Of a DNA stretch of 64,000 bases, positions 1-11,741 are shown in pieces. The stretch spans positions 83,550 through 147,549 of the forward strand of contig MU619275.1 of assembly GCA_025201805.1 (NCBI GenBank), given 5' to 3'. Source of the stretch: Parasitella parasitica NRRL 2501. Taxonomy: Eukaryota; Fungi; Mucoromycota. The position numbers were made by a program, and so were the translations under genes. The first letter of the stretch is position 1. Each line of letters starts with the position of its first letter. Below the pieces are notes generated by a model that had not been told where the DNA came from, did not search any database, and saw only the letters and a program-made list of their open reading frames with translations.

Positions 1-1
1 G

Positions 2-2038
2 ACTCGTACAAGCAATCTTAGCTCGCCATCTATGCCTCTTATATTCTCGGCCGCTTCGGCTGCTGCTAATGCACCTACTATAACGACCACTCCACCCTTT
101 GACAATAGATCTCCTCCAAGAACTATTGTTCAATCACACTCATTTACAACATACGGCAAACCGACAATCCCATCCCTGCTCGGTTCCCCGCAGCGACACT
201 CTACCTATTTGGTTAGAAGTGCCTCCGACATGAATGACCTTTACAAAAATGCGTCTAAACCCGTTCAGGTAAGATGCCCTGTATGCATGTATCAATTTAT
301 CAGATTTTTTTTAATTCATCTCTCGCTACAGACACAATCAGAGATAAGCGTGCCTAAAAGAGCAGCTCCATTACGTATTTCCCACTCGCCATCTGCTACC
401 AATATCAGAAACTCATACTTGCAAACTGGGCCTGTGGTCAATTTCGCGTATGAAGAAGAAAAAGAAATGCTTCGTGCCCCTAGCAATCCCCCCAGTATCA
501 GTCCTATGCGATACCAGTTGAACAGATCGGTCTCTGCCTATCCTAGTTTCCCCCAGCAATCTTTCCAGCAACAACACCAAATGGAGCTACAGCAGCAGCA
601 ACAGCAGATACTGCAACAGCAAAAGCAGCAGCAACTTCAGCAGCAACAGATCCAGCAGCAGATCGAGTTGCAACAGCAACAGCTTCAAGAACAGCAACGC
701 ATCCAACAGCAAAAGTTGCAGCAGTTGCAAATCCAGCAACATCAACAACAAATGATCAATCAAAGTATTTTGGAGTCCACTGCTGCCGTTGCTGCTGCTG
801 CTGCCGCTGCCGCCGCCGCCACTGCCAACCCTGCTATGCCAAAAACAAGCCATCGTCGGGAAACTCCCAAATCAGCAATCGTTCGATCTGAAAGCAGCCT
901 GAGCACAAAACACTCGTCCAAGTCCAAACGATGCTCCAAATCAACCAGACCTCTTTACGAAAGAGCGTCCTCATCCCCCTCTGTTCCCGATTTGGCAGGC
1001 GATTGCCATCATAGCAATCATAAATGTCGTCAGCTTGAGACGCAGCAACACCACTTTTGCCATTGTCGTCCCTCTGCCATGAGCAACAAAAGCGTGTTAC
1101 ACAGTTCGAGTCATGTTCCAGATACGCCACCTCCTGAATTTCACTACGATAGCAGTGAAAATATGTTCCAAAAAGAAACAACAGAACAACAGACGGCTTC
1201 TTCATTATCATCGCCCGCCACTGAAGACCAAATGGAGCATATAAAGAACATTGAGGATACATTAATTGCAAACTCATCTACCAGCACATTGACCGAAGGA
1301 GGAGATAATGTGGATGACACAGTTACGGAACAAGTAGCACCTAAGCTCATGTCTAGATTGATTCGATTGCCCAACAAACTGAAACAAGAATTACAATCTA
1401 TGCAGATAAGACGATCCAACTACTCTGTTCCTGATCTGTCTGCGCTTTCTTCTTCAGACGAAGACGAGGAGGACATGCAACAAAAACAACTCAAGGATTG
1501 GAGCACAATTGAAATGTTCTCCGCCAGCGATTCAGGTACAATAAATGTCGCTCATGAAGATGAGCCAATCAAACAAAGCATAACTGCTTCGGATGCCAAG
1601 CCTACTGTATCTTCTGTAGCTCCTGAACCGCCAGCATACGACTCCAGCATTGTAAAGCAATCCCAAAGCTCTCTTCATTTAGGGGATAATAATTGCAGCC
1701 ACCATCAGCATCAGCGTCACCACAATAGACACCGATGTTCTAAAAGACAATCTACATGCTGCAATTCATCAACATCATCGAGAAAACATCACTGCTCATC
1801 ATCTAAACGTGCCAGTTTAACAAAATCATTCTCTAATTATACAATGGACGTACCATCCTCCATTCTGACAACATGCAACCATAACCATCATCATCAGCAA
1901 GAAAAAAGACATAATCACCAGCACCATCATCATCACCATGGGAACAAACATCGAAGTCGTCATCACCATGGATATCAATGTTGTGGTAGCAACAGTAGAT
2001 ACACTCTTTTACTTGGAGACGACGATGAAGAGGATTAA
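2..2038 (+). CDS. Low-complexity hypothetical protein (polyQ, polyA, His/Cys-rich C-terminus), probably 5'-truncated by the window edge
   Basis: The frame is open from base 2 to TAA at 2038. Likely 63-nt in-frame GT-AG intron at 269-331. No recognisable folded domain. Confidence 0.75.
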   Translation, partial: TRTSNLSSPSMPLIFSAASAAANAPTITTTPPFDNRSPPRTIVQSHSFTTYGKPTIPSLLGSPQRHSTYLVRSASDMNDLYKNASKPVQVRCPVCMYQFIRFFLIHLSLQTQSEISVPKRAAPLRISHSPSATNIRNSYLQTGPVVNFAYEEEKEMLRAPSNPPSISPMRYQLNRSVSAYPSFPQQSFQQQHQMELQQQQQQILQQQKQQQLQQQQIQQQIELQQQQLQEQQRIQQQKLQQLQIQQHQQQMINQSILESTAAVAAAAAAAAAATANPAMPKTSHRRETPKSAIVRSESSLSTKHSSKSKRCSKSTRPLYERASSSPSVPDLAGDCHHSNHKCRQLETQQHHFCHCRPSAMSNKSVLHSSSHVPDTPPPEFHYDSSENMFQKETTEQQTASSLSSPATEDQMEHIKNIEDTLIANSSTSTLTEGGDNVDDTVTEQVAPKLMSRLIRLPNKLKQELQSMQIRRSNYSVPDLSALSSSDEDEEDMQQKQLKDWSTIEMFSASDSGTINVAHEDEPIKQSITASDAKPTVSSVAPEPPAYDSSIVKQSQSSLHLGDNNCSHHQHQRHHNRHRCSKRQSTCCNSSTSSRKHHCSSSKRASLTKSFSNYTMDVPSSILTTCNHNHHHQQEKRHNHQHHHHHHGNKHRSRHHHGYQCCGSNSRYTLLLGDDDEED

Positions 2039-2340
2039 GACAATCGGAGACCTAATGCTTTTATAATTGACATGTTCCCCCATTCCCCCATTCCAATCTT
2101 TTATACTTTTACAAAGGGATATATCCCCTATACATTTAATAACCTTTTCTTTACTTAGCTTATATATATATATTAAACTATACATTATGTAATATCTATT
2201 ATGTTTACCCATATATAACCACAAATCTTGTCTTTTTTATTGTATAAAAACGGCTTATTGATACTATTTTTATCTTTTATATATATATTATGCTCTGTGT
2301 TACGGATACACCAGAAGAGGAGAGGTGCAAAAAAAAACGT

Positions 2341-2374
<34 letters not shown>

Positions 2375-2436
2375 TTTTTTTTTTTTTTTTTTTTTTACTG
2401 TTTTTTTTTAGTCCTTTTTTTTTTTTTTTTATTTTT
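2341..2436. repeat. Interrupted poly(T) tract directly upstream of the chitin synthase start
   Basis: About 95 nt of near-pure T. The length may be inflated by sequencing or assembly error. Confidence 0.8.
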
Positions 2437-2441
2437 GCTTG

Positions 2442-5400
2442 ATGACCATGAAAAAATCCAGGAAATCTCATCAACAGCTACCGATAGCATCCACTACAGA
2501 TGTCAGCAATTTATCGAATGCGAATACTGAAACAATATCTGCATGTCTTAATTCTCGGTACGAGACATTCAAGATGTATACGAATGTCGGATCTCGGTAT
2601 TTAATTGCTGTAAACCCTTTCAAAGACCTTGCCATCAATGATGATCAAACCAGCTTAGAATATGTTGCAGCCTACAAAGATGCTTCTGGCGCAAATCTGT
2701 TATTAGATCCACATTTATTCGACCTTGTCAACAAGGTCTATTACCACATGAGAAGAACTGGTAGTGATCAGAACATTGTTTTAAGGTGAGAAAAGCACAT
2801 GTACATTATAATGCTTGCTAAAGCAACATCCCTCTTTTCACTTTCTATATATACATACATACACCAACATCAGAGGTGATTCCGGTAGTGGAAAATCCGA
2901 AATCCGCAACTTGTCTATCCAACATTTGGTACGACTCAGTAGCCATCGCAAAGAATCCAAGGTACAAACACAAATTATAGAATCGCAAAATGTATTTGAA
3001 GCGTTTGGCGAATGCCAAGCAGACCTCAATGTCTCTGGATCTCGCTTTGGTTATTATGGAGAAATTCAATTCAATGAAAGAGGACGGATGATCGGTTCAA
3101 AGATGCTACATTACTTTCTCGAAAAATCCCGTGTTACAGGCCACTCTGCCCCGTCAGCAACAGACGGCAATTTCAATGTATTCTACTATTTACTCGCTGG
3201 CGTATCCCCGGATGAAAAAACGGCATTGCAACTTAATTTGACAGAACCATCTGGTTATGCGTATTTATCAAAATTCAAGAAGCGTACTCTACAATCTGCT
3301 CAAGACGCATCGAAATTTGAACAACTGAAATCTGCCCTCAAGGTGTGTGGGCTGCGTAGAGAGCACGTTGGTAGGATCATTCAGCTGGTAGCCACTATCT
3401 TGCATCTCGGTAACCTGGTTTTTATGGATCCTGCTGGCACTGGTACACAGGAAGCTGCTTTCGTTAAAAACACTGAATTGCTCGAGATTGTCGCTGATTT
3501 CTTGGGACTGGACCCGCATGCGCTTGAAAATGTATTGACGTTCAAAACCACCATGATTCGCAAAGACTTTACTACCTTGATCCTGAATGCAGAGCAAGCG
3601 GCTCGGCAAAGAGACGCTCTCTGCGAGACTCTCTATTCATTGTTGTTTTCTTGGATTGTTGAGCGGGTTAATAGCAAGACATGTGTAGAAGAATTCAACA
3701 GTTTTATTGGTATTTTGGACTTTCCTGGGCTTCAGACTTCTCACAATGTCGTAGCCGGTTTCGATCAACTCTGTGTCAACTTGGGAAATGAGCGTATCCA
3801 ACATTACCTTGATCAAACCTTGTTTGAAACAGAAGCAGACTTGTTCCGCGCAGAAGGCATTCTTGTCCCAGCATCAGCAGTAGCCGTGGACGACTATCAA
3901 TGTCTCGATCTCTTGAGTCGCCCCAAGGGGGTATGCGATACTATCAACACCATGACAGATGTCTCGAAGCGAAACTACACTGACGATAACATTATGGACT
4001 CGCTTATCAAATTCAACTCTACCCACGCTGCTTTTTCCGTCAAGAATTCAGATACCAATGCTAAGCGATTCGTCATCAACCATTACAGTGGCACTGTGCC
4101 AGTTCAGTATTCTACACAAGGATTCATTGCTGAAAACAATAGCCAGATCTCTGTCGACTTTTTGTCCTTGTTCAAGGGTGGTTCAGACGTACAGCCGTCG
4201 TGGAACTCTTTTGTTGTTGATCTGTTTGCGAATGTCGAGGTAGAGAATCATCCCAAGCACAAGTCGGCTATCATCGCTGCTAGCCAATCTGCTAAACCTA
4301 CTCGCGCCCCTTCTCAACGCCGATCTACACGCAGAAAGGGCGGCAACACAGAAAAGACTGGCGATTTATCGAAATCAGCCTCTTTGACAGTGCTGCAGCA
4401 GATTTCTTCTGCTATGGATGAGCTTGTTCAGTCGTTTGAGGAAGTTAAGCTCTGGTCTGTATTCTGTATCCGTCCGAAACAGCCCTCTGACAGTTCTTCA
4501 TTTTCCAACAAACCTACGTTTGACAGCAAATACGTGGAATTGCAGCTGGAGCAGTTCAAAATGCCATCCATCCTCCGCCTCCCCACTGTGCAGTACATTG
4601 AATCGTTCAAGCACCAAGAGTTTTTGGACCGCTATGCTCATCTGTTTACTGGCCTCGATGCGTCCCATCTGCTCCGCTCACAGTGTGAGGCTGCTGCAGA
4701 CATCATGAACTGGGATGCAAGCGACATATCTGTAACACAGAATAAGGTACAAATACATATTGCGAACAAAAGTATTATAAAAAAGGAAAATAGGGTTAAT
4801 TATAGTTTTTGCTGCAGGTATTTTTGACTGCAACTACATGGCGTGAGTTGGAAGATCAGCTGCGTTCGTACGAAAAGGTGGAGCAGCGTCAAGCCAAGGA
4901 TGATCAACTGATGATGGATGACAGCAAAGCAAATACAGCAACAAGGGACTCGGAGAGCCATGTGGCCTCATTGCAGCAAGAACACCCTTTTGCTGCTACT
5001 GCTGCTGCCGCTGGGTTGCCCTTACCGTCGCAGCAGTATGCACACCACGACGACCAGGCATCTTACTACTCGGAGGACGAATCAGGCCACTATGTCGAAA
5101 ACGATGGCTCCTATTATGGCTCGGGTTCCCATGGATACTCCTCCTCCACCAAAGGCAGCGATCAAAAAAATGGGCTGGGTATCCCTCAAGAGCCTATTGT
5201 CGAGAATCTCGATGAATCAGAAGAAGATGAAACAAAGATGACTGCAAGTCGCAAACGCTGGCTGTTTTTCGTCTATTTTGCCACATGGTGGATCCCGTCC
5301 AAGTTTATGGTATGGTGTGGCCGCATGAAACGTAAGGACGTCCGTGTCGCTTGGCGTGAAAAATTGACACTCTGCATGCTCATCTTCTTGATGTGTGCCT

Positions 5401-8378
5401 TTGTTATCTGGTTCCTGGTCTTTTTTGGCGAAATTGTGTGCCCCAAGCAACATGTATTCTCTACCTCTGAATTACAAAGCCATGGTATTGACGATGAAAC
5501 TGCCTACGTAGCAATCCGCGGCGAAGTGTTTGACTTGACCAACTTTGCTCCCCATCATTACCCTGCCAACCTGGTACCTACCTCGTCTGTCATGCAGTAT
5601 GCTGGTACGGATGCCACCAACCTCTTCCCTGTGCAGGTCTCTGCCTTGTGCGAAGGTGTAGATGGCACCCCCATCTCTCCTTACGTCTCTTTTGACTACA
5701 ACATCAACCTCACCGATACAAACGGCCAATACCACGACTTTAGATATTCCTCTGACAACTACAACCCAAACTGGTACTACGACCAAATGACTTTGCTGAG
5801 GAAGAACTACAAAGTGGGCCATATGGGGTTCGAGTATAAGGCTATTTCGGACCAAGCAAAGAGCCCTACCATGCTGAATGGCATCAATACTCTGCGCACT
5901 TGGGCCGTCATTGATCAGCACATCTATGATTTGACAACCTACATGATGGGCGGCCGCTATTCCCGTGGTCCTCCTGGTGAAGCAGCTCCTGCGGTGGATA
6001 CCAACTTTATGTCTCAAGCAGTCGTTGACCTGTTCCAACAAAAAGCTGGCTCAGACATTACAAACGACTTTCACAGCTTGCCTCTAGATGCGGCATCCCG
6101 TCAGCGCCAGTTGGTCTGTCTGCGTAATTTGTTCTTTGTGGGCTACGTGGATACTAGAAACTCGCCCAAATGTCAATTCTCCACCTATCTCTTGCTGATT
6201 GTTACCTGCCTTATGGCTGCTGTCATCGTGTTCAAGTTTGTTGCTGCTATTCGATTCGGTGGTAAACGCGCCCCTGAGGAACACGACAAGTTTGTGATCT
6301 GCCAAGTTACGTGTTACACTGAAGATGAAGAATCGCTCAGAAAGACCATCGATTCCTTGTCTACGCTGCATTACGACGATAAACGCAAACTGTTGTTTAT
6401 CATCTGCGATGGTATGATTGTCGGTAGTGGTAACGACCTGCCCACTCCACGTATTGTGTTGAACATCTTGGGTGTTGATCCTCAAGTGGATCCCGAGGCT
6501 TTGTCGTTTGTCTCTGTTGGCGATGGCAGCAAGCAGCACAACATGGGCAAGATTTATTCTGGCCTGTACGAGTGCAAGGGACATGTCGTGCCGTACATTG
6601 TAGTTGCCAAAGTAGGGAACCCTCGCGAGCGTCAAAAGCCTGGCAACCGTGGCAAGCGCGACTCCCAGCTAGTGCTTATGCAATTCTTGAATCGCGTTCA
6701 TTACGATGCTCCCATGAATCCCTTTCAGCTTGAAATATACCACCAAATGAAAAACGTCATTGGTGTAAGCCCTCATTTCTACGAATTTGTCTTGATGGTG
6801 GATGCTGACACTGAGGTCATGCGAGACGGCCTAAACTATCTAGTGTCCAGCGTGGTGCTCGACTCCAAGATTATAGGCATCTGTGGCGAAACAACCCTGT
6901 CAAATGAAAAGGATACTTGGGTCACTATGATTCAGGTCTACGAGTACTTTATCTCCCACCATCTCATCAAATCGTTCGAATCCTTGTTCTCAACTGTGAG
7001 CTGTCTGCCTGGCTGCTTTACCATGTACCGTGTCCGTACTGTAGACGGCAAACGTGCTCTTTTCTGCAGTAATGAGATCATCGCTGATTACTCTATCAAC
7101 GTTGTCGACACATTGCACAAGAAGAATCTGCTGCATCTAGGCGAAGATCGTTACCTGACGACCTTGCTGCTCAAGCATTTTGCAAACTTCAAGACCAAAT
7201 TCAACCCTGACGCTCATTGCAAGACAAACGCGCCTGATATGTGGAGCGTTCTGGTTTCTCAGCGTCGTCGATGGATCAATTCTACCGTTCATAACTTGGG
7301 TGAGCTAGTGTTCTTGCCGCGTCTCTGCGGTTTCTGCTGCTTCTCCATGCGTTTTATTGTCATGCTGGATTTGATCAGTACTCTTGTCATGCCTGCTATT
7401 ATGGGCTACCTTGGCTATTTGATTTACACCTTGGCTACCTCAGATGGCACTATCCCCATCATTACTATAGCAACCATTGCGGGCACCTACGGTCTTCAAG
7501 CGCTGCTCTTTATTGTCAAAGGTCGCTGGGAATTTATCATATGGATGATTGTATCGATCTTTGCTATCCCTGTATTCTCGTTTTATATTCCAATCTACGC
7601 TTACTGGCATTTTGACGATTTCTCGTGGGGCAATACCCGTGTCGTTGTTGGTGAAAAGGGCAAAAAGTTTGCTGTTGCCGCTGACGAAGGCACTTTTGAT
7701 CCCACGTCTATTCCTACCATGAAATGGTCTGAATATGAACAGGCGTTGCTTTCTGAGGATCGTTACAGCGACAATCTGTCTCAAGGCAGCAGTAGCGCAT
7801 ATACTCACAATAGCCGTCGTAGCGCAGGTCGTGTCATGATGAACAATGCCGCCACTTCCATGTACAATCAAGGCTTCATGATGAATAGTTCTGATAATAT
7901 GAGCACGCATTCTCCTAGTATGATGCAGCACCCTCAACAACGCATGAGCACTAATTTCGACCATCAAAGCGTAGGCATGCCCTCATCCGCCTCTATGCCG
8001 CTGATGCCATACTCCAACAGCGTCACCATGCTCCCTATGCCCTCGAGCAGATCCATGGCTTCCTTTGCACCTGCGCAATCACCCTACCACAACCAACCAG
8101 GCCAATACATTCCATTGCAACAATCGCCGCCGTTCGACAGCAATCAAAGCAGTAGTCAATCATTGATGATGGACGGATTGACGATGGGCGATAATCCTGG
8201 CCCCAAGAATGAGGAAATTCTCTCCCAAGTACAGCGCATTCTAAATGCAGCAGATCTAAACAAAATAACAAAGAAGCAAGTCCGCGAAGAGCTTCAAATC
8301 ATCTTTGGTGTTTCGATGGCATCCAGAAAAGATTATATTAATGCTTGTATTGAAGAAACCCTTCAAGCACGTGCCTAA
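2442..8378 (+). CDS. Myosin-motor chitin synthase (class V, CsmA/ChsV-like; GT2)
   Basis: Introns 2786-2873 and 4747-4817 join three ORFs. Myosin head: P-loop GDSGSGKSE, SRFG, FLEKSRV, DFPG. Cytochrome b5-like segments (AIRGEVFDLT). Catalytic motifs DADT, CLPGCF, LGEDRYLT, QRRRW. TM helices and a C-terminal DEK_C-like domain. Confidence 0.96.
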
Positions 8379-9517
8379 AGAACAAAAAAAAAATATTAAT
8401 GTAAAATAGTGTATACTTAATAATACCCCATTAAAGGAATGAACTTTTCTACTTTGTCAAAATCATTGATTGAAAATCGTTGTCATCTGCTTTGCAGGCT
8501 GTGGTTGTACACTGCGCTTAAAGCCATCTCAAGTCCTTTTCTTTTACGCGATGCTTTGATGTGTGTCGTTTGATAACAGCAAGACACCTATTGACCCTAC
8601 ATTCTTAAAAAAAACTCTAACAGTAAATACACGTTACCATGCCTCTATGCTGAGGGAAGCTCTATCGAGGGGATATAGCCTGGTCTATTTATGGAGTCAT
8701 ATGAAGCTTTTGTGCGCTTTTTATTTGAGATTATCCTAGGATGTACTATAAACTTCTTGCAAATCGATATATGCTCATTTTACCTTGATCTACTTGATAA
8801 TATTTGGATAGACTTTTTGTGTAAAGTAGAATTCTCTATCAATATTCAAGAATTTCACACGGAACTCTTAGATAAGTATGTTAACCAAGATATAGAGATG
8901 GAGAAGAATCTATTCCAACATCTTTACAGTGAGTATTTAATAATGAAATCTGACTTACTTTGACAGTTTACATCCATTTTTTTTAGAGCATAAATGAAAA
9001 TCTGATCGTAAAGCACTTGACGTAAAATTACACAAGTTACACGAAGCTGCCGACCCATTGGATTCCGAGATAATCGATGTATTGATAAACCTGTAAGTAC
9101 AACATACATAGCCCAATGAAATATTTCTGTATGGAGGTCTAACATGTAATATGTAGTATTAACAAGTTATCTGGTAATATTCTCATAGATGAAGAGATCA
9201 AATGATCCCCAAAAGAAACTGGTGTATAGATAGTAGGTGCAAACGCTGTCATCGTGCCAAAAAATAAATACGCCAACTGAGTCTTCGGGCAACAGATATC
9301 CTCAATAGCCAAGATGTTGTTAATAAAATATGATCTTGAAAGCTATTCTTTTTTTTTTTATATGTAACTTTGGTTGATATGATTGTGCACAATTTTAATC
9401 AATATTACTTTTTCCCGCTACACTCAAGTTCATAAATGCATTCATTACCATGCGAAATATTTTCTGCCTCTCTCTCTCTCTCTCATTTAGTAACTTTTAT
9501 ACACACGCTAATAATTT

Positions 9518-11016
9518 TCATGCCAACGCATTAAAATTTGATACAGCATATTCCGGATGTTTTGACTGGATTTTGCTTATAACCTGATCCAAATCCTGGC
9601 AAAGCGATTGAATGGCAGTGTCCCATTTCATAATCTCGAGCATGCTTTGCTCTACACGCAGATTGGTTTGAAATGTACCATTTGCAGCCGCAGCCGCAGC
9701 ACTGATGGCATTGTAATCTGGCAACTGTTCTTCACGGGCAGCGCCGCCTGATTCAAATGAAATCAATTGATCCAGCTGATCAATACTGCCCACCATTCTG
9801 TTCTCGCTAATCATGCGTGACGCTACCTGTTCAGCTTGCTCGGCAGAGACGTTAAGTAACACTGCCAGCTCGTTCACTGCAATGTTGTTGTAAATTTTGG
9901 ATGCTGATAATAAGTTGTGCTCGATCATGGCACGATCAAAGACGGTGGTATTGTCTGCCAAGCGTGCTAAATGATGCGGCTTAAGCGATGCTGCAAATTC
10001 AGACACTTCGTTGGGTCGGATGACACGCTCTAAATAGGTCTTTTCCAATATCGAAAATGATGGCAGGTGGTGTGTTCGTTCGTCCTTGTACAAAGTTGCT
10101 AAACTGCGAGAACGCTGAGGCCCTGCTCCAGCTAAAACTGCACATTGGACAGCTGCAGTCCTATGGGTACATTGCATAAGAATATTGTTTCAGCCATAAG
10201 GTGCTTTGTGTGTATACTTTACAGACATAGAATTCTTTCGTCTTTGTCGACCTGACTTTCGTAGCTCAGCTCGTGGTATTTGGAGCATGCTTCCAAAAAT
10301 CTGCGTTTGGCGTCCAAAATACGAGCTTGGGATAGTTTGAATGTCAAGTTCAACAACAGGTCGGTGGAATTGGGGATCAACAGGGCAGCACGATTGAGGT
10401 AAAATTCAGCTTGCACGGCCTCATCCTCCTCGAGCAGAAGTCTAACAATGCGAATGTAAACTTGAAGTTTGTAGTCGTCTGAAATAGCACTGCGGGCTGT
10501 TTAATACGTTTGTGTCCAGTCTATCGTAAAGCAGCGTAACTTACCGGTGGCCAGAATCCAGCGGAATGCCTTGCAATGTTTTGGCGGCTTCCAAGAAATC
10601 GTCCTCATCTTCATACACACTGGCAAGCTTCTCTCTCAATTGAGACAGCTGTGTTTGTGTGTGATTGTGTGTGGTTTAGACAAATGCGTATATTTTACCG
10701 CCTTATATGCAACACTTACAGATTCTTCAAAGCTAACAGCACGGGGTTGAGCACGTCCGATAGCAAACAGCAATAGCTGCTTTTGTGTCGCACGGCTAGT
10801 GATTTTGTCTTCAAATAAACCGATGAATTCAGCCAAAAGCTGTCTGGCGATGACCAGGCCCACTTGCTCGTCCAACACTGCCTCGATGTAACTCTGAAGC
10901 TGCTCCATTTGGTTGTTGTGCGAGAGAATGTCGTTCAGGATGCCTCTAAAAGCGTCCAGCTTCTCTTTTTGCTGAGGGAGGGTGATGCAATCCTGAAGCT
11001 TTGTCTGGATATTCAT
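9518..11016 (-). CDS. CSN4: COP9 signalosome subunit 4 (PCI domain)
   Basis: Four exons. Motifs PRAVSFEE, LQGIPLDSGHR, VRLLLEEDE, AGPQRSRSLATLYKDER, DRAMIEHNLLSASKIYNNI. Confidence 0.95.
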
Positions 11017-11741
11017 AATACTTGGTTTTGCTTGAAAGAAAAAAGGCCAAATAGTGGAGTTTCATTGTCACCCACCCGCTACTACTGCTAGTTTGAATGT
11101 AGAACGCGGCGCGAGTTTTGTACTGCATAGTCTATCGTAATGTTTTTTTTTTTCGCATAGGGAGACTACCGTATACCAAGCTGTCCAGTCATCATGGCTG
11201 TAGCCAAGCAATCGCCGGTCGGTAGTCGTTATTTTCCGGCCAACCTGCATTTTGCTCTGCTAATCATCTCATCCTCTGTTTCAGAGTTAGAGAGAGAGAG
11301 AGAGAGAGCGTGTGTGGCAAAAATGTGCTTGTTGAAAACCTTGAGATTGATCTTGTGTCTACGCAGACTCCCCCCCCCTCTCTCCCCCAAATTTCATATA
11401 GTTGTTTGATAGTTGCTCGATAATAGAAGGAGCATTGGAGTCAACCAAGTGGCGGCAGAGTATGCACCTTTTCATTTGTAGATTTGCGAATATCCCTGTT
11501 GACTGTGATTCTAAAGAAAACGACATCTTTCGTAGCCGCTTTTTGACAACTGGCTTCTTTGGGGCAAAGCACAAGTCAGATATGCCGGATGCTCAAAGCA
11601 ATCTTCCTGGTAATTAGGATGTAAGTGCTACCTGTGCTCGACATTTGTATTGCCTATTCTGGATTCCAGCTGAATTAAAAGCAGCCATCCGCATTTTTTT
11701 TTTTGTTTTTTTTGTCTCTCTTTTTATTTACACTACACAAT

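Noticed and set aside
2277-2474. Poly-Lys ORF
   Set aside because: Artefact of the poly(T) tract.
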